Source of the DNA: Octopus bimaculoides
Taxonomy: Eukaryota
Direction of reading: 5' to 3'
Length of the DNA stretch: 64,000 nt
Assembly: GCF_001194135.2 (NCBI RefSeq)
Contig: NC_068982.1
Coordinates: forward strand, 134,650,021 to 134,714,020
The translations under genes and the position numbers were made by a program. The notes under the pieces are model-generated. The model worked only from the letters and a program-made list of their open reading frames with translations. It was not told the origin of the DNA and made no database searches. Positions 59,651-64,000 of this stretch are shown here, piece by piece; within the stretch, counting starts at the first letter, position 1, and every line of letters begins with the position of its first letter.

Positions 59651-60639
59651 GATGAGAGGATAATGAAAATTTTGCTTTGCATGGTGATGTCTTTCTGGAA
59701 AGAATGACAGTCATAACAACTGCGAGAGGCACATTCGATGCTCAATACACGAATATACCGGCACATTGGAGATTGATTAACAGTTGAATGAAAAAGGGGT
59801 GAAAAATCAAGGTCTGTAGGTAACATACCACGATCCGTGCGGCCCGAATTCAACAAAGAAGCATTTGAAAGACTTCGTTAGTAAACAAAACAATTTATTA
59901 ATTGAAAGGTACGCAATACTGGATTTGAAGACATACAAAACACACTTTAAAAAAGTGTAATATCTAAAAAGAAAACAATTAACTCTTGGTCGCATATGCG
60001 AAGGTGTGTCTCACATAAGATTGTATGCATTAAAAGCTGTTTTGAATATACGCTGCTGAAATTCGGGTGCTTTTAATATAACCGTGCAGTTTTTATGCTA
60101 TCAAGTGTAGCACTCTAAAAGTGAATAAGCACGAAATGCTTACATATTGCAGGTGTTTCAAATGTTACACTCAAAATTGGATTTATGTTAGCATATAGAA
60201 TAAAAAGAACTTTCCTTATTCTGAGCTTTTCGAAGAATTAACATTCTCTCACGAAGCAATTGAATAATCCAGTTACGTAACTAAGTCATACCATCTTCAT
60301 TTGACTAACTACACAGAAATTCATGCACTAATGTTGGCATATGTGCATGCTTCAATGCCTTTTTCTTCTTAATTTTTCATTCTTTTTTGATTCTTTCTTC
60401 CTTTTCTCTATCCTCTCCCATTTTTTCCATGATCAGCAATTCCATTATTAATGTATTGCTTTCTGTTAAGTTTATTTAGTTTTTTTTTTTCAAAATTAAA
60501 AATTTTTCTTTTAGTTTTCGTTTTTCGGACACATTGCTCTGTTTAGGGGAAATTATTTATCTCTCCTACCTAGGGGCTTATATCTCAACGGCAGGGGAAA
60601 CGGTTTATCAATTTTTCCAAAAGGTTTCTTTTGTTTCAA

Positions 60640-61290
60640 AGAAGTATAGGACGAACAATTGGAAAGAGAAGGAATTACATGGTTAATTAATGCAATNNNN
60701 NNNNNNNNNNNNNNNNNNNNNNNNNNNNNNNNNNNNNNNNNNNNNNNNNNNNNNNNNNNNNNNNNNNNNNNNACTAATCATCTCTTGAATGAGTGCAGTA
60801 AACTGGCGCAAAAAGAGTATAAGCGTAAGCATAACTGCATTGGTAAAAATTGTGCAGTGTTGTTAGCTGAGTGTGAGTAGCAGAAACTAGCAAAAAAAAA
60901 AATGGTATGAATTATAATTACAAGATTTTATAGGATTTCTCCACAAAGACTGACCATACTATTGAAATAAGGAGACCAGATGTGAGCAAAGAAAACAAAA
61001 TAAACAGAGTAAGATCATAGACTGCGTAAACTCATTGAGCGGATACCAAATAAATTAAGAAAATTTAGAACTATCAGGAGTAATGAAGTGATTGTGGAAG
61101 ACAAAGGTGACAATTGTTCCTGTGGTAACTGGTATACTTGGCAAAACATCCAAATAGTTACCTGAGAGGCTGAAGGATACTGGAATTAAGTGAAGTATTG
61201 TTGACTTAGAGAAAAGTGCCATCCTGTATTCTGCAAGAATCCCAAGAAAGATTCATGAGATTTGAGAAGACTTGTTCCGCACACCCCAAT
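60640..61290 (+). mobile_element. R4/Dong-like (RLE) LINE 3' end
   Basis: NHLLNECSKLAQKEYKRKHN, LWKTKVTIVPVVTGILGK and LEKSAILYSARIPRKIHEI*, with multiple stops. Confidence 0.8.
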
Positions 61291-61689
61291 ATGTCCCTGT
61301 CAACTAATGTAACATTTAAAAGCTCGAACAATAATGATAACAATAATAATAAAAGCAAAACAACAGCAACAACAACAATAGTAGCAGTAGCAGCAGCAAC
61401 AACAAAAACAAAAGCAACAATGGTAATAATTGAATATTTTTTCTGCGCGTGTACGCCGCTGCCTTGTTATGTTTGTGGATGAATTCGGTCTTCGCTATTA
61501 TTCGAGTTGACTCAGGATTGGTTACCAACATAAATTGTGTCAAGAATAAGACTAATTCTAAATTAACTCGAACAATAAGCGAAGACTGAATACATTCACA
61601 AACAACAGAAAAATATTCAGCCATTACAAAATCAAGATAATTGAGAAGAGGCAAGAACATCAGCTAAACATGGTCACCGACGACAATGA

Positions 61690-62060
61690 TCGTCACCATC
61701 TTTTGGCATATATCTATCTACACTTGTTAGAGATAAAAGTCAATAAACCTGACATGGTGAACAAGGACGATAAAGACAGGAAGTGTATACTTATCGACAT
61801 TGAAATGCATTCCGAAAGAAATACTTCCAGTACAATCACAAAAAAGCTGAATAAATACAAGAACTTGGAGATCGAAATAAAACATGATGAAGACCGGAAT
61901 AATACAATTGGAATAACAGGACTCATAAAAAAAGGGAATTGATAAAGTTTGCCAACCGTATCCCAGCTGACATTAACTGGGATACGGTTGGCAAACTTTA
62001 TCCATTAACTTGGAATAACTCATACAATAAAGAGTTCTGTTAATCAACTGACATCTTTCC
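61690..62060 (+). mobile_element. Third R4/Dong-like endonuclease fragment
   Basis: KVNKPDMV...KCILIDIEMHSERNTSSTITKKLNKYKNLEIEI...ITGLIKKG, a PD-D-K-type motif set. Confidence 0.75.
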
Positions 62061-62089
62061 AATAGTGTATCACACCCATAGTTTGGCTT

Positions 62090-62580
62090 TACAGAATATA
62101 GATAGTCAGCAGAAACGTCAGACGCACAGATAAGACTGCAAGTGAGATAGGAACAGTGGTGTTATGTGCAGGAAGAGACGCTTTTCGATGTCTTTCATAG
62201 CTTGCCTTAAAGCATACAGGTACTAATCGACTCAAAGTTGCGCGCTACTTTTAAGAATCGGTAGCGCCACTCACATCAGATCATAGCCATCGCCTCAAGT
62301 TCATATGGCTGGAATTAGAACTATTTCAGCTGCAATCAAAAATTGTTCCTATACCGCTATTTTGGGTGACTCTGAGCTTAACTGCCTTGATCTAGACGTC
62401 TGCAAAATATCTTTGAGGCATTCTGGGCTTGTCTAGATTGATTATGTAGCCTTCCCATCTGAGGTGAGCCTAAAACATCTCTTTGGTGTATGTGGAGTTG
62501 GTTCTATCAGTTCGTTGGGGCTGAAGACACGGTCGTGCAAGCGAATTTGCAAGATGAATCGTAGGGGGTAGTCGTGTAAT
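62090..62580 (-). mobile_element. RTE (BovB-like) LINE C-terminal fragment
   Basis: Minus strand reads ILQIRLHDRV, LRWEGYIINLDKPRMPQRYF and terminal CSYLTCSLICAS. Confidence 0.7.
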
Positions 62581-62619
62581 TGCTCCAGCTGTTAGACATG
62601 TTTACGATAGAGCGGAAGG

Positions 62620-62678
<59 letters not shown>

Positions 62679-63207
62679 AGAGAGAGCAAAAAGAAGCTAA
62701 AGAAAGAAAGTCATGATGATTTTGCCTATATAATCTTAATTTATATTTAATTTTAAACATACGACGTCTTCTTAAAAGTTCCGACAAATTTTAGTCACGA
62801 TTAAATTTAAAGTTATTCTCAGTTTGAAATTGATTTCCTTTACTATTGTTTAATTCTATAATTGCATCAGTGCTTGCATACTAAGTTACCCTGCAATACA
62901 CAATACACAGAGATTGAGTTTGAAGCACTGCTTGGTTTATTAGTTTACGCATGTATGCTACAGTAGCGTTACAGTGTCTGTAGAGTTTAAATACTAAGGA
63001 ATAATTATTCGTATGTCATATTATCTGTATTCTTGTTGCACAAAAGTTTTACACAAGTTTATATTGCCTTCTACTAAACGTATAATTACTTTGTTCAAAT
63101 TTCGGAATGATAATTACAGTCAAAATGATTTAATAAGCATGTGTGTGTTTGTGATTACGTGCGTATGTACACACAGACACACACACGCACACACATACAC
63201 ATACACG

Positions 63208-63290
<83 letters not shown>

Positions 63291-63647
63291 ATGTACATAT
63301 ATGTGTGTGTGTATGTATGTGTGTGTGTGAGCATGTATTTATGCATGTACGTGTGTGTATGTGAAATTGAAGTCATTCCGCTTCTGTACATATGCTGAGA
63401 AACCGGAAGGAAGTCTGTACGGAAACAAACGTTGTTTTTAATATATATTAAGGTATATAATAGGATAACGTGCCTGCCTGTCTGTCTGTCTGTCTGTCTG
63501 CCTATCTGTCTGTCTGTATATATGTATGTACGTACGTATAATATGCATGTCATAAACACGCGCAACACGCATAGAGACATAACTTTCGCCCACAAACATA
63601 CGCTATACACATGCACACTGTACAGTCAGAGTTACACACATATATTT

Positions 63648-64000
63648 CTTTATTGCCCACAAGGGGCTAAACATAGAGGAGACAAACAAGGACAGACAAA
63701 GGGATTAAGTCGATTACATCGACCCCAGTGCTTCACTGGTACTCAATTTATCGACCCCGAAAGGATGAAAGGCAAAGTCGACCTCGGCGGAATTTGAATT
63801 CAGAGCGTAGCGGCAGACGAAATACCGCTAAGCATTTCGCCCGGCGTGCTAACGCTTCTGCCAGCTCGCCACCTTTACACATACATACACGTGTAATCGA
63901 CTTTGTCTGTCTTTGTTTGTCCCCTTTATGTTTAGCCCCTTGTGGGCAATAAAGAAATACGAAACGTTAGCACGCCGGGCAAAATGCTTAGCGGTATTTC
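63648..64000. mobile_element. SINE B2 (-, 63648-63873) plus inverted B2 tail-then-head fragments (+, about 63890-64000)
   Basis: TATTTCTTTATTGCCCACAAGGGGCTAAACAT is mirrored by ATGTTTAGCCCCTTGTGGGCAATAAAGAAATA, which is followed immediately by head sequence GAAACGTTAGCACGCCGGG. Confidence 0.85.

Larger units (their letters stand above)
5147..60772. other. 17 assembly gaps (N runs) scattered across this span, about 5.6 kb total
   Basis: Examples: 5147-5699, 10785-11244, 18688-19091, 19908-20549, 31034-31351, 34117-34596, 48441-49289, 50267-50851, 56112-56768. Many abut microsatellites or SINEs. Confidence 0.99.

Overview
AT-rich, microsatellite-dense eukaryotic scaffold with 17 N-gaps totalling about 5.6 kb. 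The repeat landscape suggests a coleoid cephalopod, probably Octopus; this is inference, not a database result. One confident protein-coding gene is present: a 485-aa TMEM161-family membrane protein (24915-26372, +). Its whole CDS lies in one exon, preceded by a strong splice acceptor and a short uORF. The rest is mainly transposable elements. There are at least four tRNA-headed SINE families, labelled A, B, F and G here, with swappable 3' tails. LINE fragments belong to the RTE, CR1-like and R4/Dong-like (restriction-like endonuclease) clades. DNA elements include three Tc1/mariner remnants, hAT-like and piggyBac-like MITEs and palindromic elements. No intact transposase or reverse transcriptase, true tRNA/rRNA gene or CRISPR array is supported. 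I found no evidence for a complete new biological system. The best leads are the intronless TMEM161 CDS, the modular SINE heads and tails with candidate partner LINEs in the same window, two hammerhead-like/Penelope-like motifs, a convergently fused mariner, a 216-bp hairpin element and CpG-decay domains suggesting a second, leftward gene. TE boundaries were read by eye and are approximate unless a TSD or TIR is quoted.
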